NCBI GenBank assembly: GCA_964016885.1
Contig: OZ024740.1
Location: 126,914,001-126,978,000, forward strand
Length of the DNA stretch: 64,000 nt
From: Eledone cirrhosa
Taxonomy: Eukaryota
Direction: 5' to 3'
Position numbers and translations under genes: made by a program. Below, in pieces: positions 1-14,419 of this stretch. The notes below the pieces were generated by a model, which was not told where the DNA came from, did not search any database, and saw nothing but the letters and a program-made list of their open reading frames with translations. Each line of letters starts with the position of its first letter. The stretch's first letter is position 1.

Positions 1-2405
1 TGTAAATAATTGAAAAGCAACCGTTTATTTAAACGACACTGGAGAAAGAGAGAGAGAAGATATAGGAGGTGAAAAATAATAAAAAAAATAGTACGAGAGA
101 GAGAAAGAGAAGAAATAAACAAGAGAAGATGAATAAAACTCATATAACGTTAATTTGGAGGAAATATATTCTAAGTATACATCTTAATAGTACGTGTATT
201 TACGATTATTAGTTGTTTAAAATTCGTTTATAATATAATATGTTCTGTTATAAATAAATAGATAAATAAATAAATAGATGGGTATATCATGTTATAGATA
301 ATTGTTTTAATGAGTTATGAGGGATATTCGTTTTTTATTTAATGTAAGTAAATATTAAGTTAAATTAAATAAAATTAATTGAGTTAAAAAGAATATTTAT
401 ATATACATATTTTAAAATGGGAAGATGCGGAAAAACTCTAGTTTAATTTATTTATTCGTTAGTTTGAGACTATTTAGTCAAAATATATATAAATTTTGAA
501 AGATATATTTACCCAGAATCCGTTAGTGGTTATAAATCTAATAAAAAGTATTGAAAAAATATAAAAAAATTGAGAAGATTTTTCTTAAATAATTTATAGG
601 AGATAAGTTAATGTTTAAAGGAAATAAAAATTAAAGAAATACATATAAAGAATTAAAAATTATTAAGATTAAAATTACAATTAAAATTTTAAATTTAATA
701 TATTAAATTAATATATTAAAACCAAGTGGATAAGATTGTTATGGAAATAAGTAGAAATATTATAAGTATAATTATAATTTATATATAGATCTGAATGTTG
801 AATGAATTCAGGCGATGTCTACAAGAATTAAATTAATTCGTTCTTAGATTAATAGAGTTCTTACATTTAATTATGAAAAAGAAAAAAAATTCCTCAACAC
901 TCAATTTGCAGAATCTAGATAAAGCTGTGTTTCGGTACGTGGGTGCTTACGAAACTATTTCCCAAGTTAATGAATAGTCCATATTCTTGCATTTTAAGTT
1001 CCATATCACGTTTGAAAGAGAATTTGAAGATTTTTTATCAAATATTCGGAAAGAGCATTTGTGATTATTCCAGCGACTTTTAAATTCCTTAGAAGTTTCA
1101 CATACAGAGTTAAATATAGTATTACTGGTTTTGACTGTACATTTATAGACCACGTCCTTATCTAAACATTATTTTGTAAAGGACATTTTTGATTTAATTC
1201 TACAGTTACATTTTACGGAGCTATTGTTATTGAGAACGGTACTATTATGTTGGATATTGATCGAGATATTAAAGTTATTCTGGTTAGGGTTTAAATTTAT
1301 ATTATTAATTCTATTTATATTTTGTGCTATGTTCATAATAGTAGAGTAGGATAGTTTTATAGTATGTCTGTTAAAGATTGAGTGGTATCTCTGGGCTTTA
1401 GGAAAACATTTATCTAGTGCTTTAAAGATTAGCTTTGCTAAAGGTATGTTTACGCTTAATGAGAATGGGGGTGAGTACCAAATAATATTTCTAATTCTAG
1501 TTCTTCTGTTAATTTTAGGGTTTAAGTTAATTTTTTTATTATAATTATAATTAATAGAAGGGTTATTTGCCATATTACTGTTGTCGATGTATTTAATCTT
1601 ATTTATATAGCCTGCTCTATTTAAAGCTGCCTTATCGTCAAAAATGTTTTTATTAGCGGATATGCGTGAAATACGTTGTTGGATAGAATTGACAATAGTG
1701 TTCTTGATAGATCTAAGATCATTAAACCTTACATAGTTTAGATTCACATTAATTTTATGGGATGTATAGTAGAGCCCAGTGTTAAGGTTTAATGTTACGT
1801 CTAAAAAAGTTAATAATTTTATTGTTATTCTCTATTTCTAACATAAGGTTGTAGCTATTGAAGAATTGTATTATGGATTTTCTTTTCCTATTAATTTAAC
1901 AATTACTATGATTTTCAATTAAAAGCAGCATATCATCATGTTATAAACCAACGGTCACCTCTGGTATTTTTCTATGCAGTGTATAATAAATAAATAGCCC
2001 CACAAGATCCGTTATTTGCGCCGAGTCTCAATCGGCTCTAGTCCAGAGATGATTGTTGAATTCAATTAAAGTTGTCCGTACAGTTAAAATGATATGCATT
2101 TCTTCGCTAGATAAATCTGTATGTTTAGATGCATAGATAAGATCTTTATTAAGTAAATTAGGAGTAATAGAGGAGTAGTAGTTTGCAATATCCAATTGAA
2201 TGACTTTTTGTATGTTTGAATTGTATGTTATTGAACCAATCTATAACCTCGTTAGTACCGTTCCATAGTTTTAGGGAAGATATTTCTTTAAGTTGCCGTA
2301 TGATTCTATCTAATATATGTTTACTAACTATGCCTAAGTCTGATTTAGATGGTGCTACAAGTCTGACTGGTAGTTCTATTTCAAAGTTTCTTTAGTGGTG
2401 TTTCA
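1..2405 (-). mobile_element. Penelope-like retroelement (decayed RT + GIY-YIG, 3' pLTR running off the window start)
   Basis: Minus-strand motifs in order: IQLDIANYYSSITP (~2200), DSAQITDLVGLF (~2020), FLDVTLNL (~1800), IIWYSPPFS and YHSIFNRHTIKLSYS (ORF 1169..1747), CNCRIKS linker, VYKCTV...FKSRWNNH GIY-YIG (ORF 947..1153). Many stops and frameshifts. Confidence 0.9.
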
Positions 2406-3596
2406 GGTTAATTTCCGGTCTTCTATGTATAAGGGGTTCGGTCCTAATTAAAGCATCGAAAATAGGACCGTAAAATGTAACTGTAGTAAAACTCCGTAAA
2501 ATGTAACTGTATAATTAAATCAAACTGCCCTTTGCAAACTAAGTGTTTAGATAAGGACGTCGTCTATAAATGTACAGTCAAAACCAGTGATAATATATTT
2601 AACTAAGTAGGTGCAACTTCTACAGAATTTAAAATTCCCTGGAATAATCACAAATGCTCTTTCTGAAGATTTGATAAAAAATCTACAACTTCTCTTTCAA
2701 ACCTGATATGGAAGTTAAAATGCAAGAATATGGAGTATTCATTAACTTGGTAAATAGTTTCGTAAACACCCGCGTACCGAAACACAGCTTTATCTAGATT
2801 CTGCAAATTGTGTGTTAAGGAATTTCTTTTCGTTTTCATACTTAAATGTAAGAACTCTATTAATCTAAAATGAATTTATTTAATTCTTGTAGACATCGCC
2901 TGAATTCAACATTCAGAACTATATATATATTATAATTGTACTTATAATATTTCTACTTATTTCCATAACAATCTTATCCACTTGATTTTAATATATTGAT
3001 TTCTCTAAATCATAATATCTATAACATTTGCTATAATTCCACTTCTTAAAGTTTCATAAAATATATACATATATAATTCTAATTTTTTTAAATTTAAAAT
3101 TTTAATTTTAATTGTAATGTTAATCTTAATAATTTTTAATTCTTTATTTTTATTTCTTCAATTTTTATTTCTTTTAAAAATTACTTATCTCTTATGTAAT
3201 ATTCTTTTTTAAATGTTCTCAAATTTTTAATATTTTTTCAATAATTGTAATTAGATTTATAACCACTAACTGATTCTGGCTGAATATATCTTTCAACATT
3301 TATACTTATTTTGACTAAATAGTCTCATACTAACGAATAAATAAATTAAACTGGAGTTTTTGCGTTCCTTCCTATTTTAAAATATATAAATATAAATATT
3401 CTTATTAACTCAGATAATTTAGTTTAATTTAACTTAATATTTACTTACTACAAAACCAATATCCCTCATAACTCATTAAAACAATTATCTATAATATGAT
3501 ATACCCATCTATTTATTTAATTATCTACTTATTTATTTATTTAATTATTTATTTATTTATCTACTTGTAACAGGAAAAATTATATTATAAACGAAT

Positions 3597-3771
3597 GGGC
3601 GGTGTATTGGCAGTATCGGTAGAGGGAAGGACGCCATGCTTTCCAGCATAGAATTACGCCCCTTTAAAGTCTGAGTCCAAATCCCACCGGGTACAACCGG
3701 GTAGCTAAACTAAAGGACCAGTAATGCACTGGTGTAATTGCTCGCCTTGTGCCAAAAGTAGAAAGAATTAA
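3597..3771 (+). mobile_element. tRNA-derived SINE with 13-bp TSD
   Basis: A-box-like tggcagtatcggtag, B-box-like gagtccaaatccc, 3' end ccttgtgccaaaagtagaaagaatta. TSD attataaacgaat at 3584-3596 and 3772-3784. The site is empty in the opposite IR arm (~221-235). Homologous to 42495-42670 and 52340-52528. Confidence 0.85.
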
Positions 3772-4122
3772 ATTATAAACGAATTTTAAACAACTAATAA
3801 TCGTAAATACACGTACTATTAAGATATATATTTAATATATATTTCCCCCAAATTAACGTTATATGAGTGTTATTCATCCTCTCTTGTTTATTCCCTCTAT
3901 CTCTCTCGTACTATTATTTATCTTTCTCCCCTTATATCTTCACTCTCTCCTTTTCCAGTGTCGTTTAAATTAACGGTTGTTTTTCAATTATTACATATTC
4001 ATTTGCATATTCACACATAAGTTTGAATAATCCCTAATATATTTCCACTATACAGTGAATTTCTAACCGATAAGGTATGATTTTTCATGGGTATGTTTCT
4101 ATTCATAAAACAAACTTTGTAT

Positions 4123-4180
4123 CTTATCTGATGAAAGCGTACCAATGTTGTTTTGGTACCCTTGAAATATATATAATTAA
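4123..4180 (+). ncRNA. Minimal type I hammerhead ribozyme in PLE pLTR
   Basis: ttat-CTGATGA-aagcgtacca..tggtaccctt-GAAA-tatata-TA-attaa. Short palindromic stem III as in known PLE minimal HHRs. Confidence 0.7.
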
Positions 4181-4302
4181 TAAATATGTTTTTATAAATA
4201 TATTTTCCGTTGAATAATTATTCCGGTATCATGTTGAGTGCTCTAAATAAGATATAAACATTTATATTTGTCGGACTTCCAGCAAATTAAATACCCCTTC
4301 TA

Positions 4303-4410
<108 letters not shown>

Positions 4411-4639
4411 AGTGAATAAATGCTTTGAACATAGCTTTGATTCTTGTGAATTCTATATAACTGCTCCGTAGAACAACTGATGTTATTACATTGAGCTATT
4501 TATCTTACTGGTACTAAGGTAGTAATACATTACTGACCTTCACTGTTTAGGGTTTAAAATATAAATAACTATAAACAGTTTTAGTATATACATAACCATA
4601 TATATATATGTATATATATATTTATATATATATATATGC

Positions 4640-5285
<646 letters not shown>

Positions 5286-5540
5286 AACAAGCAAATTATA
5301 AATGTAAACATGTAAGTATGTTTTTGAAACGGTGCGCGAGTTTCAAAATTAGAAATTAGAAATTATAAGCTTTCACCGTTTTTAGACTAAAGAAATTTCT
5401 AGCCTGATAGTGGGGTTTATAACCCTCGGAGAAATGGAAAAAGATGAGTGTTGCGGTAAATGTACGGCAACGCTCATCTTTTTCCATTTCTCCGAGGGTT
5501 AGAAACCCCACTATCAGGCTAGAAATTTCTTTAGTCTAAA

Positions 5541-5542
<2 letters not shown>
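5286..5542. repeat. TA-flanked foldback element (same family as 62651-62950)
   Basis: Arms 5380-5457 and 5468-5542 are near-perfect reverse complements. Second copy 57 kb away. Confidence 0.85.
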
Positions 5543-5574
<32 letters not shown>

Positions 5575-5983
5575 AAAAACACGAACTAAATAAACCTTAA
5601 CATGCGTTTGCGCTGACAATACAACAGAACAAATACGAATAAGTAAGGAAAATATGTTCATTCAAAAATATTCCTACTAACGGAATATTTTTGAATTAAT
5701 TTTACTACACACACACACACACACAAAATATATATTCTCTTCATCTTAACATGGTAACCATACTCCCTCACACACATAACACCCATACACACACACATAA
5801 CCCCCCCCCCCCCACACACACACACACACATCTCCCTCCCCCATTTCTACTAATAGAATCACTTTCCTACACACAAAAAACATTCTCTTCATCTTAGCAT
5901 ACTCCCACACACACACACACATAACACCCATATACACACACACACAACTCACTCCCCCATTTCTACCAAGAGAATCATCTTCC

Positions 5984-6039
<56 letters not shown>

Positions 6040-6555
6040 TAAACATACATATGTCTACCTTCTTTATTTCAATAGAAAATCTGAACTCTGACACCCCAGC
6101 GAACTAGCCATATTTACTGAAGCAGAACAATTCTCCCATACCATTTCTCTTAACCATTATTTTGCTTGTCATAAAATTCTTTAAAAGGCTACAAAATAAA
6201 TTCCCAAAAACGGGCGTGGTACTTGTGCACGTGAGAGTCATAATTACATGTATAACAAATCAAATTGCATTTAAAATTTATTATACTTATTGACCAACCA
6301 ATCAAATTACTTCTCTAAAAACCTGGCGTTTCGAGCCACTTTTTTCCATATAAAACAAGTAACATTCAGAGACCAACCAGATGTGAGAAAAACCAGGGAA
6401 CCTCCATCTCAAGTCTACTATTGAAAAGCAGAAGAACTCCGAAACCGGTAAAGGAACCAAATAAATATATATATATATTTTTAAATAAGACTCCAGTTGC
6501 ATTTTCGATTTCATCTTATTTTCATTATACTTTCACTCGTGTAGGACACCTCGGT

Positions 6556-6643
6556 TATTTTTAATTTTGTAAAAAACCTGACTTTCAAATATATATATAT
6601 ATATATATATTTGAAAGTCAGGTTTTTTACAAAATTAAAAATA
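6556..6643. repeat. Perfect palindrome centred on a (TA)n tract
   Basis: tatttttaattttgtaaaaaacctgactttcaaa-(TA)n-tttgaaagtcaggttttttacaaaattaaaaata. Confidence 0.9.
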
Positions 6644-7134
6644 TTTGGCCATGACTGCTACTATGGTAGTAAGCTAGCCGCTGTCTTAATAACCACTCGC
6701 TTTCCACTGATTGACCTCGATGTCACGTGATTGATTCTTTTTGAATTTGCCACGGACGAAGAGGCAGTGATTTTCTCAATGGCTTGGAATCCAGTCCACG
6801 CATCGCTATTTCCATTACACTGAATTATTTCTTTAATAAGTTTCCAGTGTCCTCGCTATGCCTGGAGACCTATACGGAAAAAGGACTTTCCTCATGACGG
6901 AATGATTTTGCTATATGTTTCTTCGGAAAATATATTTACTCCATTCCAGAAACTAATTAGTTGGAAGTGATTTTTTAGTAAGTAAGTTAATTTGATAATT
7001 TTCTTATTTTACGTCTCTCATATTATTGTTCTGCAACCCCATGCATTGAACCACATTGTTAATAAGACAAAACCTATATATTTGCTAGTATTGATATGCA
7101 TCTGTGTGTATATAAATGTTACTAGATATAAATT

Positions 7135-7920
<786 letters not shown>

Positions 7921-8009
7921 AATGTATTTAACTTAATCCAAATACTTATCGGGGTGATATAATCTAGATTGGATAAAATAAGTCGGTTTTTACTGATATC
8001 ATTGCCGAG

Positions 8010-8850
8010 TAAGTTTTTGGGAACTCAAGAAACAACATCTGTAATTCCTAGATATTGAAATAATCAATATTGGAAGAACTTTAATTCCTTCATTAGAAGG
8101 AGATTTGTCTCTTAGGAATAAGGTGGCAAGGTAAATATCTATCATACATACCATCTCCTTGCTAGACGGTATCTTGAACAAGGAGTTGTATCGCTGAATT
8201 ACTATATGAATATATCAGGATCCGACTTAATGGTTTATTACAATACGACTGGGTCTTATTGACGCTGGAAATAGCAGTCAAATCTGTCTAAATGTGCTCA
8301 ACAATTATGGAGCAATCAATATTAATTCATAACGTTATAAAATGAACCGTCTCTAATACGTAAGCGTTTCAATAAAAGGATAATAATTTCAGAATATTAT
8401 CTTCTCAGAGAAGTAATAAACCATATTAAACTTACGCCGAAATATCATTTTGGGGAGTTATAAAGTATATGGGCTTAAAAATGTCTGTTGTTACTTATAT
8501 ACTTCTCGACCATGATTTTGGAGCTCAAGACACAACATCGATATTTCTAAGACAGTGGAATAACCAATATAGAAAGAATGTCAGTGCCTTTATCTGGAGG
8601 AGTATTCTTTTTTAAGAATAAGGGGATACGTTGAATATTTATCCTACACGTCATCTCGTTGCTAAATCGCATGGTGAAGAAGGTGTTTTATCGTGGAATT
8701 ACTGTATAAATATATTCCACCCAAGGGAACAGCTTGGTTATACATTGTACATATCATGTCGTCGCTAGGCCACATGAGGAACCCCGTGTTGCATTGCTGA
8801 ATTGCCATATGAATATATCCGACTTAATGTATTACGACAATACGACGGGT
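8010..8850 (+). repeat. Diverged ~500-bp direct duplication, possibly old PLE RT-thumb fragments
   Basis: 8014-8260 resembles 8516-8850. An FLDIEI-like reading at ~8045 contains stops. Confidence 0.35.
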
Positions 8851-9103
8851 TTATATTTGCGCATTAGGCTTAGTTCGGTAAACATAGATATTATCAAGCA
8901 TACAGATAAACAGAAGAAAAGTACTGATGTGGATATTGAGTATTACTATTGAGGATGTTTATATCGGGTGTATACCACATGTTTTCTGTCTCGACTATAT
9001 ATAAAGAAACAAGCATTTATCTAACTATCAATCTCTCTTTCTCTCGCTTTCTCATTCTCTCTTTCTTTCTCTCACTCACCACACATTGACATGCACACAC
9101 AAA

Positions 9104-9424
9104 TAGTGGGACCTCGGTTCACGGACGCATCTCATCACGTACATATCGGTGTACGAATTATCCAACATAAACGTCTCGACTCACGAAACGTGTCTCGAGT
9201 AATGAACAAGCTATCCGGTAACAAAGCATCGAGTATCGGGGGGAAAGCGTCACTTGCTGTGTAGTCATTTACTATGATGATATCTACCTGTCTATCACAC
9301 ACAGTTTCTCTATCACTGTATCTTTCTCTCAATATTTCATGAGAAAATAGTCTCGGTTTATGAACATCTCGGGTGATGAACGGCCTTCGGACACGAATTA
9401 AGTTCATGACTCGAAGTTCCATTA
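9104..9424. mobile_element. pogo/Tigger-like MITE (decayed)
   Basis: Left end tagtgggacctcggttcacggac. Reverse complement of the right end is taatggaacttcgagtcatgaac. Both resemble CAGTGGAACCTCG-type TIRs, and TA follows the right end. Confidence 0.5.
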
Positions 9425-10439
9425 TATATATATATATACATAATGAAAAACGTCGACGTCGTTCTGACGCCGGCATACGTTGCTAGAAAAATTTGGACGG
9501 GTCAACATAAATGAAGTCAGAACTGGAGCAGGGCTACGGACCTAACAGACAAACCAGTGGTCTACATCTCGCTTACTTACAGTTGTTCTACCCTGTGCAT
9601 ATGAAAGATTTTTTAAGTTTTTAACACAACTGAGGGGTCCTCCCAATTCTTTATTTGGAAAGCCGTCTATGCATGTATATCATATTGATCCTCGAAACTA
9701 AATAAACTTACAGCCTTACAAATTGTAAAACGACTATTTGCTATCCTACAGCTTACAAGGCTCTAATTGCAAATATACCACAGAAGATACATAAATAGCA
9801 GAAAAGAAAACTGATTTCAATAGATAGATTATTCAAAAGCTTATATCGCAGGGAAACTGTATTACTGCACAAAGTCATACCGACAGATTATCCACTTCTT
9901 GTTGTATCACATATGCACAGTAGTTATAGAGAGAATGTAAGATAGATGAGCCAGACTACGTCCTCATTTGCATACGAATTTCCTACAGGCAGCCGGGAAA
10001 ACGTCTGAGGCAGTAATCTCGATCAATATGCAGCACTGCTTGATCAGCGTCTCCATAGTCACATGCTGGGCTGTCTTTTACTTTTCCTCAATGGAGATGA
10101 TGAGCTGTCCTGGTATGGGTTTTGCGGATCCAATTAAGGGACACACTTTGGGTGTGTGAAATCTACACCCACATATTGTAAACGGATTCTGCAATAATTG
10201 ACTATGTGTAACGTAAAAAAATTATAAACAATGAGTTGAAACATCCTTACCAGTGAGAAATCATAAGGTGGATACAAAGAAAAGAGGAAACGTAAACATA
10301 ACTATAAGCATTTCTATTAGATGTTGACTATTTTAAGAGGACATTATCCAATCTTTTTCTGTCTGATATTACAAATTCCAAGATAATAAACAAAACTTCG
10401 CGCATACAATTATGACGGTAGTGTGTTGGATCATTGAGA

Positions 10440-11330
10440 TTTTTTTTTTTTTTTTTAATATAGAAGACACCAAGTATTTCGCTTCAGATAACCAACAAGA
10501 TAATAGCTAAAAATACTATTACGAACAACAAACAGATTTATCGGAGAATTTGATATTTGATTCCAGTTAGAAAAATGTGCCAAGCATCCTTGAAGATAAG
10601 AAAAGTAATTAAGAACACCAATGTCATGCTAGTTAAAGAAGTGGAGATAAGAAAATTAGACCAAACCCAGGCTTACAAATAAACTGAATTAATGAATTAG
10701 ACAGAGTTCAGCACAGACAAACGGAGGACAATTATAGAAGGAATGGTCCGTGCAAATTAGATTTATAGTTAACGCAGAGCTAAAGGCATAATATATGATA
10801 ATAATAATCAATATTAAAGCTTTTGAAATAATAAGTTATTATGAACAACTATTCTGTAAATGACATAAAAGTAGATAGAATAATAAAGAAATAAAACAAC
10901 AGGAATAATAATGTCACCATTTCGAACACTCCATAAAAAACTGATATAGAAATATTACATTCACCACAAATAGAAATGTTAGTGGCTCCCTTCAAGTATG
11001 TAAATATAAATATCATCAAAGCTGTTAAACGTTATCAACTGCAGGACTACAGATATATCTAGTAAAGAACATCGAGAAATTATCAAACATGGCTACAATC
11101 TCGAACTAATAAAAAAAAATCTCCTTTGAAAGAATGCAACAAATCTAAATTAGAGAAAAAAGAAGATTCTTAGCAGACAATGCCTAAGGTTTTTAATGAA
11201 GTGGAGCACATACATCGTAACTACAAATATATGGAGGTTACGAAAACCCAATGACTGTATTATTCCTGGCTGGCCAGTCAAAGGGTAAGAAAATTCAACA
11301 ACAGACTTGACGAATTTGGTGAATTCCTAC
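10440..11330 (+). mobile_element. Highly decayed non-LTR retrotransposon RT remnant (R4/Dong-like)
   Basis: Readings EDTKYF (cf. DDLKLY), LEKCAK and LDQTQAYK* in the expected order. Many stops. Confidence 0.4.
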
Positions 11331-11782
11331 TCTGCAAATTATTTCTATCTAAACAATTATCATCAGGAGGTATTTTTGAAAACACATAATATTATATAAC
11401 GTCTTTGGTAAATGTTTAAACCATAATATTTGCATTTCTATATGTGTAACGGCTAACATATTACGTACTGGACTTATCAACCGATTCGATCGTGCCTATG
11501 AATATACTCAGACTTGACATAAAATTAGCAGGCTGCAATTTGATGGGCAGTCATTTCATTGAATTATTCTCAATTCCGTAGTAAGTTCTTCATGTTAATA
11601 CCGAATTGAATTATTTTACCTTTATAAATATATATGATTAGTCATCATCACCATGCAGTTAATGGCACCGCCCTGGTTTCTCCTTTTAGGCCCAAACCTT
11701 TTACTTTATTCTCTTTTGCTCTAGCTTACATGGTATATGCAAATATATGATATGTATACATATGTATACACACACCCACATT

Positions 11783-12670
<888 letters not shown>

Positions 12671-12677
12671 ATATATA

Positions 12678-13439
12678 TGTTAATGGCTTCTTAACCATCG
12701 TCTCAGTTTTGTATGACCTTTTTAACTTATGTTTATAGCTCTGGTATCTTCATAACAATTCGGAAGTTGCGTTTCGCTTATTTCTACCCGCTGAAATGCG
12801 ATTCTCGCTAAATTTATATTTGTTTTAATCTCCCAAGTCTAGTGATTAACCAGTTAATTCTTTTTTTTGTTTTAGTTAATTCTATTGATTGATTAATCGC
12901 TTAAGTTTATTTTAAAAACCACTCGGGCGAGAGCTTAATTCGTTTTGTGCTATTTTTGAAAATGTTTGCAATAATTACACGTGCTTAATTCATTGGCCAA
13001 AATAGGGGTTTTCTCTCCTTAGAACCTCACATGTGCTTTTAATCGCTGTGAGAATCTTGCGCACGTAGAACAAAATGCATGTTGAGAAAGTGATATCCTT
13101 GTTCGATCATTATAGCAAAAGCTTATTATTGTTTATAAGCAGACAGTATTATTTATTTAGGTGTCGCAGAAACCCTATATCGGAGTATACCATCTTCCCC
13201 AAGGGTCCGAGTAACTATTTCAATCATATCTTATTTTGTTTGACCCATTTAGCTTGTTCGCTTTTTTGGCTTAGGTGGTTAATGGCTTCTTAAGCATCGT
13301 CTCAGTTTTGTATGACATTTTTAGCTTATGTTTGTAGCTCTGGTATCTCCATATCCATTGAGCGCTTGTCTACACAATTCGGAAGTTGCGTTTCGGTAAT
13401 TTCTACCCGCCGAAATGCGATTCCCGCTAAATTTATATT

Positions 13440-13440
<1 letters not shown>
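12678..13440. repeat. ~600-bp unit with terminal direct repeat (pLTR-like partial tandem), TA-flanked
   Basis: 12678-12820 recurs at 13278-13440 (gttaatggcttcttaa...ctaaatttatattt). Confidence 0.75.
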
Positions 13441-13524
<84 letters not shown>

Positions 13525-13570
13525 ATAACAGATTAAAGTTTAAGCAAAGAATCGCTGCTTAGATCGTGTG

Positions 13571-13760
<190 letters not shown>

Positions 13761-14419
13761 TATATATATATATTTATATTTGGGGAGGGTCAAATTTGTG
13801 TAATATTGCCAGAATTAATAACAGAACACACTTACTGTTTGGTTTGTTTTCGCTTTTCGCTTCTGTGTCTTTTATATCGGTAATCTAATTTATTCGGTCC
13901 TCAATGTTGCCATTGACTGACCAACGGTCAAAAATAATACAGATACAATATAGACACAAACACATACATATAGTTTATCAAAGTTCTTTCGTTGCACATC
14001 TGCAACATCGTCTGTGGTGCTATTGTTTCTTCCCGTTGCATTGTATTTTCTACGCCCTCTTTATTTAGTCTGTTTATATATTTATTTATTTGTTTATTTT
14101 ATTTTGTCTTCTTTGCGCATGCGTTTGCGTGTGTGTATAGTGTTTTGTTTGATGTGTGTTCGTTATTGGGTGACTGTGTATTGGCTAATGTATTCTATCG
14201 TTACTAATGTGTGTTTATATGTGTTTGTTGCTATTGTGCTTGCGTATGTATGTATTTATTTATGTATCTATTTATTTATTTATACTTCTCTTAGGTCAGT
14301 GTTGTTTGTTTGGGTGTTGTTGTTATTCCATTCATTCTTTCTGTTTAGCCTTGGCTTTCTAAGTTCTATTTCACTGCCCTCTCTGGATAGGTCTGGTAGG
14401 ATGTCAATATATAGCATGC

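Noticed and set aside
5398-5440. ctgatag...gagaaa as a hammerhead
   Set aside because: Core is CUGAUAG rather than CUGANGA, and stems I and III do not close.
6415-6456. ttgaaaa..gaaaccggta as a second U3-A8 hammerhead
   Set aside because: Stems I and II are poorly paired in a single copy, so it cannot be supported.
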